From assembly GCA_951406725.2 (NCBI GenBank), contig OX597814.1, positions 135,284,001 through 135,348,000 on the forward strand: DNA of 64,000 nucleotides, written 5' to 3'. The notes beneath the pieces are model-generated. The model made no database searches and was not told the DNA's origin. It was given only the letters and a program-made list of their open reading frames with translations. The position numbers and the translations under genes are program-made. Shown here in pieces: positions 1 through 11,789 of the stretch (position 1 is its first letter; every line of letters starts with the position of its first letter). This DNA is from Octopus vulgaris (lineage: Eukaryota).

Positions 1-299
1 GACTTTTAGTTGAATTCCTCAGTGTGACCAAGTGAGACTACATATGTTGTTCAGGCTTAATTTGACAGTTTGCATAAAAGGAAAAAAGAAACACAGCATT
101 CCCTCCAGAAATAAAAGTATTTTAAAAAGTAGAAAAATATCAACTAGATTATGGCTGGGAGATAACAGTTTGCTCAAAGTAGCTGTCCTTAGCTTCCATC
201 AACAGCCACAAGATGGCTCTGGAACCTGGCACATGCATGTGTGTCAGTATTTTGACACCCGGCGTAAGTTATTATGATACAGGTAACTCTTTTCCAATG

Positions 300-640
300 T
301 TCAAATGGCTTCCAATTCTCCATGTCAGCTAACTTTTTCTCAACTACAACTAATCTTTATGTTCTCCAACACTGTTGACTGTTCACCAATACATCAAGCT
401 GTTCCTCAAATAAGTAGACATAAAAAATTGTCGAATTTAGCCTGAACACCCTCTAGATATTATCCATCCATCTCATTCTTGGTCTACTCCTAGTTCTCCT
501 GCTGGTTGGCTTGGCTTGAAGAATTCATCTTGTTCTTTTCTGCAGCATTCTATATCCCCAACTGCAGAAAAAAATTGTTCCCTTTCAATACTTCTTGATA
601 CTTGTTAGTAAGATAGATGTGGATACAACTGAATTAAAAT
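300..640 (-). mobile_element. Decayed RTE-type LINE 3' fragment
   Basis: The minus strand translates piecewise to ILQAKPTSRRTRSRPRMRWMDNI, resembling the RTE C-terminal GRPR.RW.D motif. It has stops and frameshifts; the boundaries are approximate. Confidence 0.4.
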
Positions 641-1369
641 AATCTCCAATTGGGTACAGTAATTTGATGTCTGTGTACAATGAATGCAGTTTATTAACCC
701 ACTGGTCTTCATTAATTATGAAAATGTATGTTTATAAAAAAATAGGATGTGCATGTAATACATATGAAACCCATTATTTGCTTAGTGTAATAATAATTTA
801 TTTATTTATTTGATTATTTATTCCTTCAGTTTCTTTTAATGTGATTTACTTTAGTAGCTTAATTTTGAGACAGTTAATCATTTATAAATATTCTGTTCTG
901 CTCTTACTTGTATCATATGACCTGTTATCTAGAAGAATGTCTAATGAAATGTTTCAGCTTTATATATTCTTTACAATAAACATTTATTTCCCCAGGATAA
1001 TTCAAAAGACACCAAAAACAAACAATCCAACAACAACAAAAACATAATGTGCAATAACTAATTACTGTCAGAAAATGTGTAGCATTTCATTAATCTCAGA
1101 AAGTATACAACACCTAATTAGTCTGGAACATCACTCAAGTACTCTCCAGACCTGTGGTTTGACATTTTAATTTACCTGAATATTCTTTTGATTATCTCAT
1201 GTGTGAGAAATCATATGACATCATTGCTCTACGTTCCTCTGAAAGGACAGAATGAAAAGCCTATATTTTGGCTGCAAGTATCAGTGAATATATTATATTC
1301 TCTTAGTTGTTATCTCTACCTTCATCCATATAATATTCTCTCCTTCCTTAAAAGTGTATCTGTAATTAT

Positions 1370-1560
1370 TGTTTAGCCCTGGATCAGTCCTGACTGAGCA
1401 CAATTACAATCAGGGCCAACATTCCTGCTATGACAATCTTTTCATTTTGTGTGCCAAAATTGCATAGTCCTTTCAGTTTTGAGACCTTAAGATGTCATTT
1501 AAGGGTTACTCAGCTGTTGTTCTGGCTTGCTATGTGATATCATGGCAAAACCCTTGGTTG
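1370..1560. repeat. Old dispersed repeat (family D), one of about 8 copies
   Basis: Shared motifs such as gtttagccc..cagacctatga..gactacatt.tccaatgtgtc..gatttggctgct.tttctagcag recur near 4580-4745, 43180-43375, 45545-46180 (split by a SINE), 47490-47630, 54470-54820 and 56935-57090. Confidence 0.55.
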
Positions 1561-1600
1561 TAGCCATGCATATATGTTTGGATGTACATATATACTGATA

Positions 1601-1603
<3 letters not shown>

Positions 1604-1656
<53 letters not shown>

Positions 1657-1674
1657 AGAGAGAGAGAGAGAGAG
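1604..1674. repeat. (TG)n-(GA)n compound microsatellite
   Basis: Directly visible. Confidence 0.95.
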
Positions 1675-1763
1675 GTCTACATAAATGTTAAAATAAAAAA
1701 AACAATTCAAGCTTAACACAAGATTTGATAAATACAGTATTATGCTTTAATAGGAAGAGAAAG

Positions 1764-1799
1764 TCTTAACGTTTTGGAGGATAGTCCTTCATCAGAAGA
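1764..1799 (-). ncRNA. Degenerate minimal type I hammerhead ribozyme motif
   Basis: The minus strand reads tctt-CTGATGA-A-GGA-ctatcc-TCC-AAAA-C-GTT-aaga. Stems I and II pair, but GAAA is mutated to AAAA. Confidence 0.5.
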
Positions 1800-4196
1800 A
1801 AGAAAAAAGCTTAAGGGGAATGAGAAAGAATAGTCAGTGAGAGAAGAAAACAAATGGATGACGGGGTTAGAAACCAGGTTGGGATTTGGTTCTATAGGGC
1901 AGAATTATGAAAGGAAGAAGGGACAGGTCTATATGTGCAAGTATAGGAGTGTATCCATGTCCAGAAGTAAGTATATGACTGGGGAGAGTGATATATATAG
2001 TTTTCTTGGTGTGTGTATGTATGTGTAGAAGTGTGAAAGCACAGAAGTGTTGTGGTATAAGTTAGTAGGATGAGATGTTGGTATGTGTGTGTATGTGTGT
2101 GTATGTGTGTGTGTGTAGTTGTTAAATGTATATGAGGTAAATGTGAATGTGAGGAGGTGAGAATGGATGCAAATGTGAGGCAGACAGGAAGGTAAGAACA
2201 TGGAGAGTTTGATTGATGTGTTTGCAAGGGTATGAGTGTAAGATGCTTTTACATAGAAGAAATGTTTCAAATTAAAATAAGAGAAAGAAAAAATAGGAGG
2301 TCTGTGAGAGAAGAGAGGTCAAAGAATAATATCAGAAAAATCATTTAAGAATTATAGGACACTGGCAAAACGTGTGGAGTAGCTTAATGGAGCGTCCAAA
2401 GAATGGTGAGGAATTAGTGTGAAAAAGAAAAAGAATTTATTACTATCCTTTTGGACTCTTTGTCAAGCTTCTTCAATTTTTTTACTTTATTGTTTATCTC
2501 ACAGAACTCATTTGGGGTATAGAGAAATATGAAATAAGCAGATGAATGAGCACACAGACATATTCTGTCTGTCTGTCTGTCTCTCCTTCCCTCCCTCCTT
2601 CTCTCTTACACACTCTCTCTCCTTCCCTTCTTCCTTCTCTCTCTCACACACACTCTCTCTCTCCCTCCTCTCTCTCTCTGAAAGTTTGTGAAGCACTCAT
2701 GTCCTTGGAAGTTGGCACAGATGGCAAATAGTCTTCCTTAAGTTCCAATCACTCTGTTGCTGTTGCTGCTGCTGAAAACATTATGTTTGTGAAATTTCTT
2801 TATTTTTGTTTTGGAACAGTGTATCTTGAAACATGATTAAGCTATAAATAATGCCATGTAAAATATTTGGTTAAAAATTCCTTTGAATAAAAAAAAGTTG
2901 AAGACTGCCTGTCAAACTTGAATTTGCATCTCCTGTGAACATGGACCAAAGTAGTCTTTTGGATTTCTTTATACATTTTGGAAACTTTATTCTTATCAGT
3001 GAGACTTGTATGTAGTTGATGTTATAAGAATTTATAAACGTCAAAAGAGCATGAAAGAATTCTTTTCTTTCTTGTTTTTGAAAGAGTAAATCTCAGGATG
3101 AATGATAAAGCTATAAATAATAGTATGTAAATACACTGGATTAAAATCCCTTTGGAAAGAAAAGGTCAAAGACTACTAATGGGATTTGAACCCACGTCTA
3201 TAAACATAACAAGTTTGATGAAAATTTCACTATTAAAGGAGAGGGTGGATTAGGTTGTACAGTCATCTAAGGATCCATAATTGACAAAAATAATGGTCAT
3301 CATTGAATTCAGTGGGCAGCCATAAACAGTGTATGCATTATTCTAGTCATATCTTGCTTTATATTTTCACTTTTCCTACCTCACTCGATCTTTCCCTTAA
3401 CACCACCCTTCTTTATCAACTGACCTAGATCCTGTTACAAATTGTACCACCCTTCTCTCACACTTTACTCTCTCTTTCATCTATCAGCTTGTGATTTACT
3501 CACCATCACTCATTTGTTTTCTTCCTCTTTCATTCCCCACACCAAAAATTCTCTATCACTCACTAACTTGATTCCTTTTCTCATTAGCAATTTCAAGCCT
3601 AAACCATGATACTCTCTTATTGTTTCTCTCACTGAAGAGGAAAGGTAGAAGGACAAGTGTCTGAAACTTTAGTCTTCTTTCTTGCAACATAAAGTTTATT
3701 CCATTGTTTCATTATTTGTATTAATTTTTACTGACTCAGAACATTAGTGGTTTCTTTAGATTCTACTGTTTTATTATGTTGTGCAGTTTGGCATGTACTT
3801 TTATTGAGTTATTCATCTATTGAAAGTGTTTAGCATCTTACTTATAACACCAGCAGTACTATTTCAGATAATCTGGGATAAGTTTTAGCTACTAGTAGCT
3901 CAAACAAAGGCTAACTCAATAACATCATTTGGAATGAATTCCTGCTTCAGGTTTTAGGTTACAGAGTAGTCTTGGACAAGTCACAAGAATAAGTTACTGG
4001 CTAAAATTACCTATCAAACATCAAAATATCATACTATTATTTTGGTAGATTTAAGGTTGCTTGCAGAGATTGAAGTTATTTTGTGTAAAATCCACAAGAG
4101 TAGGGCTTGGATCACAAATATAAATATTAAATTACACAGAACACAAGTCTGTCATAGTTATAAAGTTAAAGTCTGTAATAGTTTCAAAGTCATTGG

Positions 4197-4380
4197 TATC
4201 ATCATCATCATCATCATGATGATTTAATGTCACTTTTTCCTTGCTGGCATGGGTTGGACAGGATGCTATGAACTGATGAACTAGAAGGCTGCACCAAGTG
4301 CTAATCTCTTCTTTGGCATGGTTCCTACTGCTGCATGCTCTTCATAACACCAAACCCTTCACAAAATGTATTTGGTATCT
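4197..4380 (-). mobile_element. Short element carrying the RTE-LINE 3' tail
   Basis: (ATC)n followed by ttgctggcatgggttggac..ttggcatggttcctac.gctg matches the 3' end of the RTE LINE at 61592-61775. Other copies lie near 5700-5850, 11650-11740, 35266-35415, 46255-46455 (opposite strand) and 51660-51770. Confidence 0.65.
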
Positions 4381-5099
4381 TTGTAACATATTTTCAATAT
4401 ATTTCAAATTGTATATTAATGAATTTGTTCTTACATTAACTTCTGATGTGGTCACTGATGATAGGAAAAATTTCTTGTGATTTATGTAAATATTCACTTT
4501 TTTTTTCACTTTTTGCTAATTCAGATATATAATTGCTTTTATTTTGTTACCTTTTTTTGTCTTTGGGAGTTTTTATTATTGCTGTTTACATTCAGATCAA
4601 TTCTTATCCAGTAGACCTATAAACAAAAGTGTTCCTATCATGACCATCTTATCTTATTTCACTTTATCTAGTGTATTTTTTAAAACCATAGGGTAAGATT
4701 TGAGGTAATTTGGCTGCTGTTTCTAGCAGATTCAATGATTGTATATTCTTTTGATTGACTGAAATAGTAGCATGCCTGACTCAATAAATTACTATACCAA
4801 CCTGATTGTTTTCTATCTTGTATATGAAATAGATGAAGTTGAATTTGTCTTTCATATTTCGTAAAGTAATTACATAACTCACCTTTACTCACTCTCTTCT
4901 ATTTTCAGTATTTAGAAAGGAATTGTTAATCCATTTCTTAACTATTTCATTCTAATATATCCAAAGAAAGTCCTTTACTTATAATAAACCCCTCTTCACA
5001 ATCTACCTTCTATCTTTGGTCTACACCAAACTGTGTTCTTATATTATTCTGCTTTCTGTCAAAACTGTTTACGCCTTTGACCTTGCTTTCTATCTGCTC

Positions 5100-5450
5100 T
5101 CTGACTAGAAAATAGCCATCCCACCTATTGATTTACATTTTCCACTCCCACACATTCTAAACTACATTCAAACAAAAGCCATATGTTTGGCTAGCAAGCT
5201 TCCACTAACTAATGCTTTTCTATCTCTGGTCCATTGTCAAGCCATATTCTCTATTTGTCTCTTTTATATAACTACTGTAAGAGCTCATACTTCTCTGGAC
5301 TTACTGAATTTATCATATAGCCTTCACCTTAATCTTCTTAATGCACCTGTTGTTGTTCTGTTGTGTTTCATCCATTATTCCTTTGCTTATCATTTTGTTT
5401 TCCATCTATGTTTCTCATAACCATTATCTTACAGAACTACCTGTTTCTCT
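5100..5450 (+). mobile_element. Decayed Jockey/CR1-group LINE C-terminal fragment
   Basis: LNYIQTKAICLASKLPLTNAFLSLVHCQAIFSICLFY resembles the post-RT LD.VQ.KA.RL...LT..L.SL.HRR..ASL.LFY segment. Confidence 0.35.
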
Positions 5451-6334
5451 CTGGTCCCTTATGTACAGCACTTCAAAGACAGACTATTTATTTCACTTAT
5501 GAATTTCTCTCAGGATTCTTAGAAAGTTGTAAACATCAGTCCTTATAGAAACATCGAAAAAACATTCAATCATATCTTATTTATTCTACCTGTCTCTTTA
5601 CTTCAAAAAGGTCTGCCTTCCCTGTAAGAATAAGAAATTAGAAATAATTTCATTCTCATTACACTTGCTGTCTATAGTTTGGTGTTATTTCAGAACATAA
5701 GTCACTCCATGCTGGTATGGGTTGGACAGCATGACATGAACTAATGAATCAGAAAGCTGTGCCAAGCTCTGATCTTTTCTTTGGCATGGTTCCTACAGCT
5801 GCAAGCCCTTCCTAGTACCAACCCCTTTACAAAATGTATTGGATACTTTTTAATATATCTTTAATAATACTTCAAATTGTATATTAATGGATACGGTCTT
5901 ACATTAACTTACATTAACATAGCCACTGGTGATAGGAAAAATGAAGGATATTTCATTGCGATAGAATGAAAATTAATTTCCTGACTGCTTGTCTGTTGAC
6001 ATGCTTAAATCAAGTATTTAGATAAATATTTGATATTCTTAAAATACAATCTATGAATATCTAATGTAGAATAAATTATCAAATAAGTGTAAATGTCCTC
6101 CTTTTTTATGAGTTTTCTTTTTGCACATCTACTTACATATGTTTCACAAAATCTTGATAAAGAATTCCGTTTATCGCTATAAAATTCACTGGTGAGATTT
6201 CTTTAATTCTGATATATCTTGAGATGAATATATTCAGATTATCAAAAGAATAACAAATATCATTAAATCTTACCACATCTCAAGTGTTCTGAAGAGAGCC
6301 AATTATATTCCATTCCAATAAAGCTTGCACACGC

Positions 6335-6505
6335 ATTCACACACATGCACGTGTGTGCACACATGCACATGCACACATGCACATGCACACATGCACATGC
6401 ACACATGCACATGCACACATGCACATGCACACATGCACATGCACACATGCACACATGCACATGCACACATGCACATGCACACATGCACATGCACACACAC
6501 ACACG
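6335..6505. repeat. (CACATG)n-type compound microsatellite
   Basis: Directly visible gcacat/gcacacat units. Confidence 0.95.
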
Positions 6506-7619
6506 TGTTTGACAGAGAGAGTGGGAATGAGAAGGGAGAAGAAGAGAAAGAGTTGGAAGTATTTATTCTGAAAAAAAAAAGTATTTTTTTAAGATCTATA
6601 AATGAATATTCAATTATCAAAACAAAGAGAGAATATAGTAAATTAATAATCAAAATGCTTTCTATTTTAGGATAGAGTATTTCCCAGTAATTAAATAAAG
6701 CTAATTAGTGGGGAAAATTATCATAGAAATAATACAAGTTAATTTTAAGTCCATGTGAAAGATTCTTGAGTAGGTAGTATTGAAATTGAAATTCCTTGTG
6801 ATAATGCTCCTTTAATAGAGTTATTTTGCATTATTCGAAGTGCTGCAACTGTTGAGAGAAAATTTAGTTATTAGTATATTCGTTCTTATGAATAAAATAT
6901 TTGAAAGATTTATGTTCTTATAAAATAGATCAGAAAAAAAAATGTGAAATACTTTGGTTAATTATTTGAAAATTCCCCATGTGGAAGTATAATGATTCTA
7001 CTTTTGGTAGAATCATTATATGAGAAAAATTGGTAATGAACGAAAAATTATCTTAGAGTTCAGGTGAATAATCTTATTCACAAGTTTGTACATAAACAAT
7101 ATACTTTGACATAGTACAAGCTCAGATATTTTAAAGATTTTTAATGGATAGAAAATTGGATTTGAGTGTGAGCAATGAGGGAGAAAAAAGATAAACTTGA
7201 TTGTTTATTTTTAGAGACTGGTTCTACTTCAGTGGCTTCTGAAGACCTGAGATGAGCTAGATAGATAATTAATACTATAGATTTATCTATCCATGTATTA
7301 CATATTATATCTTTAGACTCAGCCCAAGCCAAACATTTTTCGCATTAAATATTTCAAACTGCTATTTTTATCTCAAAGCGGTTTTGATTACTTATGACCT
7401 CTGTATATTTTTTCCCTTCCTTTCTATGATGCAAAAATAATGGAATAGCTTTTTTATTCAAGAAATAATGTATTCTTTACATACAACATGTTTAACATTT
7501 TACAGAATGCATGTCATTGGGTACCTATCTAGAAATAGGTCAAATCATCAATGATGTCAAATCCGAACTTAGAATCAAGAATTATGTGACAAATAGTTTG
7601 ATACTGGGAATTATGAAGT

Positions 7620-7960
7620 CTTGCAGTTTACTAACCTGGACATCCTCTAATGAATAAACACACACATGGAAATATGTTGGAGCAATGGAGGGCCAATTTA
7701 AGGCTAGGCTAAATACCTCAGGTTTTCTGTTACGATCCTGGAGAGGTGCAATGTTACATCATTAACCAGCTATATATAGTGATTAAAAGAGGAGGGTATG
7801 CCAAACAAAATTAACTGGAAGCTGCTGGAAGCAGATGGTGCAAACTTTGCCTAGTTGAGAGGACAATGATCCTAAAAAATTTGTACTGCCTGGGATGCTT
7901 CTTGAATTCAAAAAGTGAGATATTTAGTTACTACCTTTATAACAGAAAATTCAGTTTGGA
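7620..7960 (+). pseudogene. Decayed Penelope-like GIY-YIG endonuclease fragment
   Basis: Piecewise translation YVGAMEGQFKARL..NVTSLTSYI**LKEEGMPNKINWKLL..LNSKSEIFS fits the PLE YIG..F..R..T.L..IW.LK...I.W..LN...E pattern. Confidence 0.55.
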
Positions 7961-8534
7961 AACAGGATCTTCTCCATTTGCAGACTAGAGAATAGAAATA
8001 ACATATGCAGGTACAGCAGAAACGCTTCAGCCACAGGTGGAATTATACAAGGGAGTCAACTATTCTTTCCCTCTCAAAGGGAATACACATATACATACAA
8101 ATATGCACCAACACACATTTATAGACACATATGAATGTAAAATATATGAATTAGTTAAATGGACATATATACAATTAGATGAACCCATATAAGTATTAAT
8201 GACATATGTTAAAGATAGTCCAAAGTAAATGTATTTTTTACTTTTCATATGATTGCTTTATGTTGATAAGAAGATAATATTGTAGACAATTAAGAAGGTG
8301 ACCATCAGATTAACAACATGTTTTTTGACTTGTTAATTTGATTGCATATCAATCATTTACCTACCTGAATTATGGTGGAACCTGAAGAGTTGAGAGATTC
8401 AATGTAATATATTCCATAATTTCATAGATGTTGTATGCCTTACATACCTGCATGTATGATGTTATATTGCAATAAAATCTCTCAACGAAACATTGTATTA
8501 ATACCATAAAATCCACTTGTCTGTTTTTATTTTA

Positions 8535-9810
8535 TTGGGTTGGCAACTAAGTTCCTGCTGTTTTTTTAAATTTAAGTTTTTTAAAAGGTTTAATAAAAAA
8601 TAACAACTAATTAATCAATAATGTATTCCCCCTTGTTGTTTACAACTTCTTCCCAATGTTCAACAAGATTTTCGATACCTCATTGGTAGAAATCACTCGA
8701 TTTCGACTCGAAAAATTGATCCAACCAAGCTCTCAATTCTGCATCAGTATTGAACGAAACAATGTGCATAGCATTTGAAAGAGATCGAATGAGGTGGAAA
8801 TCCATTTAGGAGAGTACAGTGAATGTGGCAGCACTTCCCAGCCATGCGTTTGAATGGCTTCCTTGGTCATATTGGCGATATGAGGACATTGTTGTGCAGC
8901 AGCAGAACTCCATGCTGCCAATTTTTCTCTTTTCTGTTGAATAGCCATGTTGAGTCATTCCATCTGTTGAACATAGAGTTCCATGTTGACTGTTTGGTTC
9001 TGTTCAAGCAATTCATAATAGATAATCCCTTCCCAGTCCCACCATATGCAGAACATCATTTTACACGGATGAAGATCTTGTTTCACATGTGGTGTCGCTT
9101 GTTTACCGTAGTTAAGCCATTCCTTACGCTGCTTGATATTGATGTACAGGCACCATTTTTTGTTGCCAGTAATGATTTGGCAAAGAAATCGTTGCTTGTG
9201 ATCATGAGTTGAGTGGTATGAGCAAGCAAAACAGCAGAGCTTGTGGCTCGTTGATTTTTGTTATCACTTAAAGCATGTGGAACCCAGGCTCCGTACTTCT
9301 GAACCTTTCCCATCGAGTGAAGATGCTTCTCTATAGCAGTGTGGGGGCATTCCATTTTCTCTGCCAGTTCCCTTGTCATTTGATGAGAATTTTTGTACAA
9401 AAGTTGGTTTAATTGCTCTTCATCGAACTCAACTGGACGGCCAGAATGAAGTGCGTCTTTGAGGTCAAAATTTCCGTTTTTGAACTTGGCATACCAATCA
9501 CAAGCAGTTCTTTCAGTTATGGCACCCTCTCCATACACAGCACAAATGTTGTAAGCATATTTTGCAGCCTTAGAACCTTGATTAAAAGCAAAAAGAAGGA
9601 AGTGTCAAAAATGCTTGTTTTTCTTAACTTGACATTTCATTTTAATGATCTGAAAATAAACAAAAATTAACTAAAATCAACTAGAAAAAAACAAAATAGA
9701 TTCCAAAATGATTCAAAGATAGAATTCTCATAAAAAATAGATCCCAAAATTTAAAAAGGCAATAAATTCCAAAATTTTAAAAAATGGCGGGAACGTAGTT
9801 GCCAACCCAA
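8535..9810 (-). mobile_element. Full-length mariner transposon, mellifera-subfamily-like, 1276 bp
   Basis: TIRs are ttgggttggcaactaagttcctgctgttttt (from 8535) and aaaaatggcgggaacgtagttgccaacccaa (to 9810). TA flanks both ends (8533-34 and 9811-12). A transposase remnant lies inside. Confidence 0.93.
8611..9640 (-). pseudogene. Mariner transposase pseudogene
   Basis: ATG at 9640 gives MKCQVKKNKHF*HFLLFAF. The remnant includes an HTH region (WYAKFKNGNFDLKD..SGRP), WVPHAL and WEVLPHSLYSP, and ends EYIID* at 8611. It has stops and frameshifts. Confidence 0.9.
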
Positions 9811-9846
9811 TATATATATACATGTGTATGTGTATGTGTGTATATA

Positions 9847-9913
<67 letters not shown>

Positions 9914-9936
9914 ATGTACATAGGTATATGTATGTG

Positions 9937-9983
<47 letters not shown>

Positions 9984-10264
9984 ACACACACATCTATCAG
10001 TTGAATAAAGTTAAAACATGGTCTGGTTTTCATGTTTTTTATTATGGTATTTTAACTTTAAAAAAATATTTTTATAATGCTCATAAAGTTAAACTAGCAC
10101 TTTTATACATTGTGTAATCATCAAATTTCAAATGTATATATGTATATATATATGGGTGTGTATATGTATATATATGTGTATATGAATATACAAGTCCATT
10201 TTTTTTAAAGGTGTAGCATTTGTAATAGTCTGGATAGAATTGACATATCGGTTCCATTCTAGCA

Positions 10265-10311
10265 AAAACTGTCCGATGAACGGCAACGGGAAACTCAGAG
10301 TAACAGGTTTT
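10265..10311 (+). ncRNA. Compact type I hammerhead ribozyme motif (CCGAUGA variant)
   Basis: Reads aaaactgt-CCGATGA-A-CG-GCAA-CG-G-GAAA-C-tcaga-GTA-acaggtttt. Stem I is ctgt/acag, stem II has a GNRA loop, and the triplet is GUA. Confidence 0.6.
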
Positions 10312-10338
10312 GTTGAATTTTCTGCTGCTTTAAATAAA

Positions 10339-10383
<45 letters not shown>

Positions 10384-10384
<1 letters not shown>

Positions 10385-11645
10385 GAGCGGGTATCCAAAA
10401 GTAACCAGAAACGTTCTCTGTGGGACAAGCCTGTTGCAGTTCAGGCTTTCACTGCTAGAAGCCACTTGATGCAACCCTCAGGTATCAGTCTGCTGACTGG
10501 CATTGTCAGATGGAGTTGTACTGCCACATAGTGGGTCTTTGTTTAGCAGTGCTTCTCCCCTGTTCATCGATTTTAGTGATGGCTAAAATGAAGGACAGCG
10601 TGCTTATGTGAAATTCTATTTTCTGCTGGGGATTTAGTGGCCAAAATAGTTGTCATACGTCAGACAGTTTAAAAGGATGCTGCCATGAGCAAAACACAAG
10701 TTTATGAGTGGCTTTTATGCTTTAGGAGTGGTTACTTGTCACTTGATGACCAACCTCGTTTGGGGCCTCCCTAATGAACAAAAACAAATTGAAAATTCAT
10801 GAACTGATCTTGGAGGACTGTTGCTGAACAACTGAGCAGCTTGTTGATATGACTGGTGTGTCCTGGAGCTCCTGCCAACGAAGTTTGAGTGAGGAATTGC
10901 AAATAAAAAGAGTTGCAGCAAAATTTGTGCCTCACCTGCTTGCAGAAGATCAAAAGCAGTCATGACTGAATGCATGTTGTGAACTAAAAGAACACTTGGA
11001 AGTTGATCCAGACCTTTACTTGAAGGTCATCACTGGTGACAAAAGCTGGTGCTATGGATACGACCTGGAAATGAAGCAGCAATCAAGTCAGTGGAAGCAT
11101 TCAATGTCACCATGAACCCCAAAGTGCTTCAAGTGAAGTCCAATGTCAAGATGCTGCTGATTTGTTTTATTGATGCGAATGAAATTGTCCACACAGAATT
11201 TGTTCCTCCGGGTTAAAATGTTAATTAGGCATTTTACTTGGCAGTTCTCAAGTGTTTGTGAGACACAGTGAGATTAAAATGCCCTGACAAGTGGCGAAGT
11301 GGAAAGTGGTGGTTTCATCAGGACAGTGCACCTGTGCACACACCCACCTTGAGTGTGAGACAGTTTTTGACTAAAAATTACATGACCCTGCGTACTCACC
11401 CTCCTTATTCACTCAATCTTGCTCCCTGCAACTTTTTTTGTTCCCCCAAATGAAAAAGATCCTTAAAGGAAAGCATTTTGCAGATTTGGAAGAGATGAAG
11501 AAAAATGTTGGTGGCATTAAAAGGTATCCCTTTACAAGAGTTCCAGGACTGCTTTGAACAGTAGAAAACTCTTCTGGGCTGAGGCATTGCTTAAAATAGG
11601 GAGTACTATGAAGATGATAAAAGTGTAAACATGTAAAAATAAGTG
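10384..11645 (+). mobile_element. Decayed mariner transposon, right TIR lost
   Basis: Starts TA|cgagcgggtatccaaaagt after (TA)n. Transposase remnants read AKFVPHLL, ITGDKSWCYGYDLEMKQQSSQWK, WFHQDSAPVH and HPPYSLNLAPCNFF. The 3' end is replaced by an RTE-tail fragment. Confidence 0.88.
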
Positions 11646-11789
11646 AAATCAGACTCCAGTCTGATTTGGCATGGTTTCTACAGCTGGATGCCCTTCCTAA
11701 TGCCAACCACTCAAAGACTGTAATGGGTGCTTTTATGTGTGTATATATATATATATGTGCGTGTGTGTGTGTGTGTGTGTATGTATATA

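Noticed and set aside
1176-1238. 63-bp minus-strand segment with good splice acceptor and donor
   Set aside because: All three frames contain stops and no partner exons were identified. It could be a non-coding exon but is unsupported.
3625-3675. CTGAAGA-gga..tct-GAAAC-tt hammerhead-like string
   Set aside because: Stem I does not pair convincingly and the stem III/cleavage site is damaged. It may be a relic but is not supportable.
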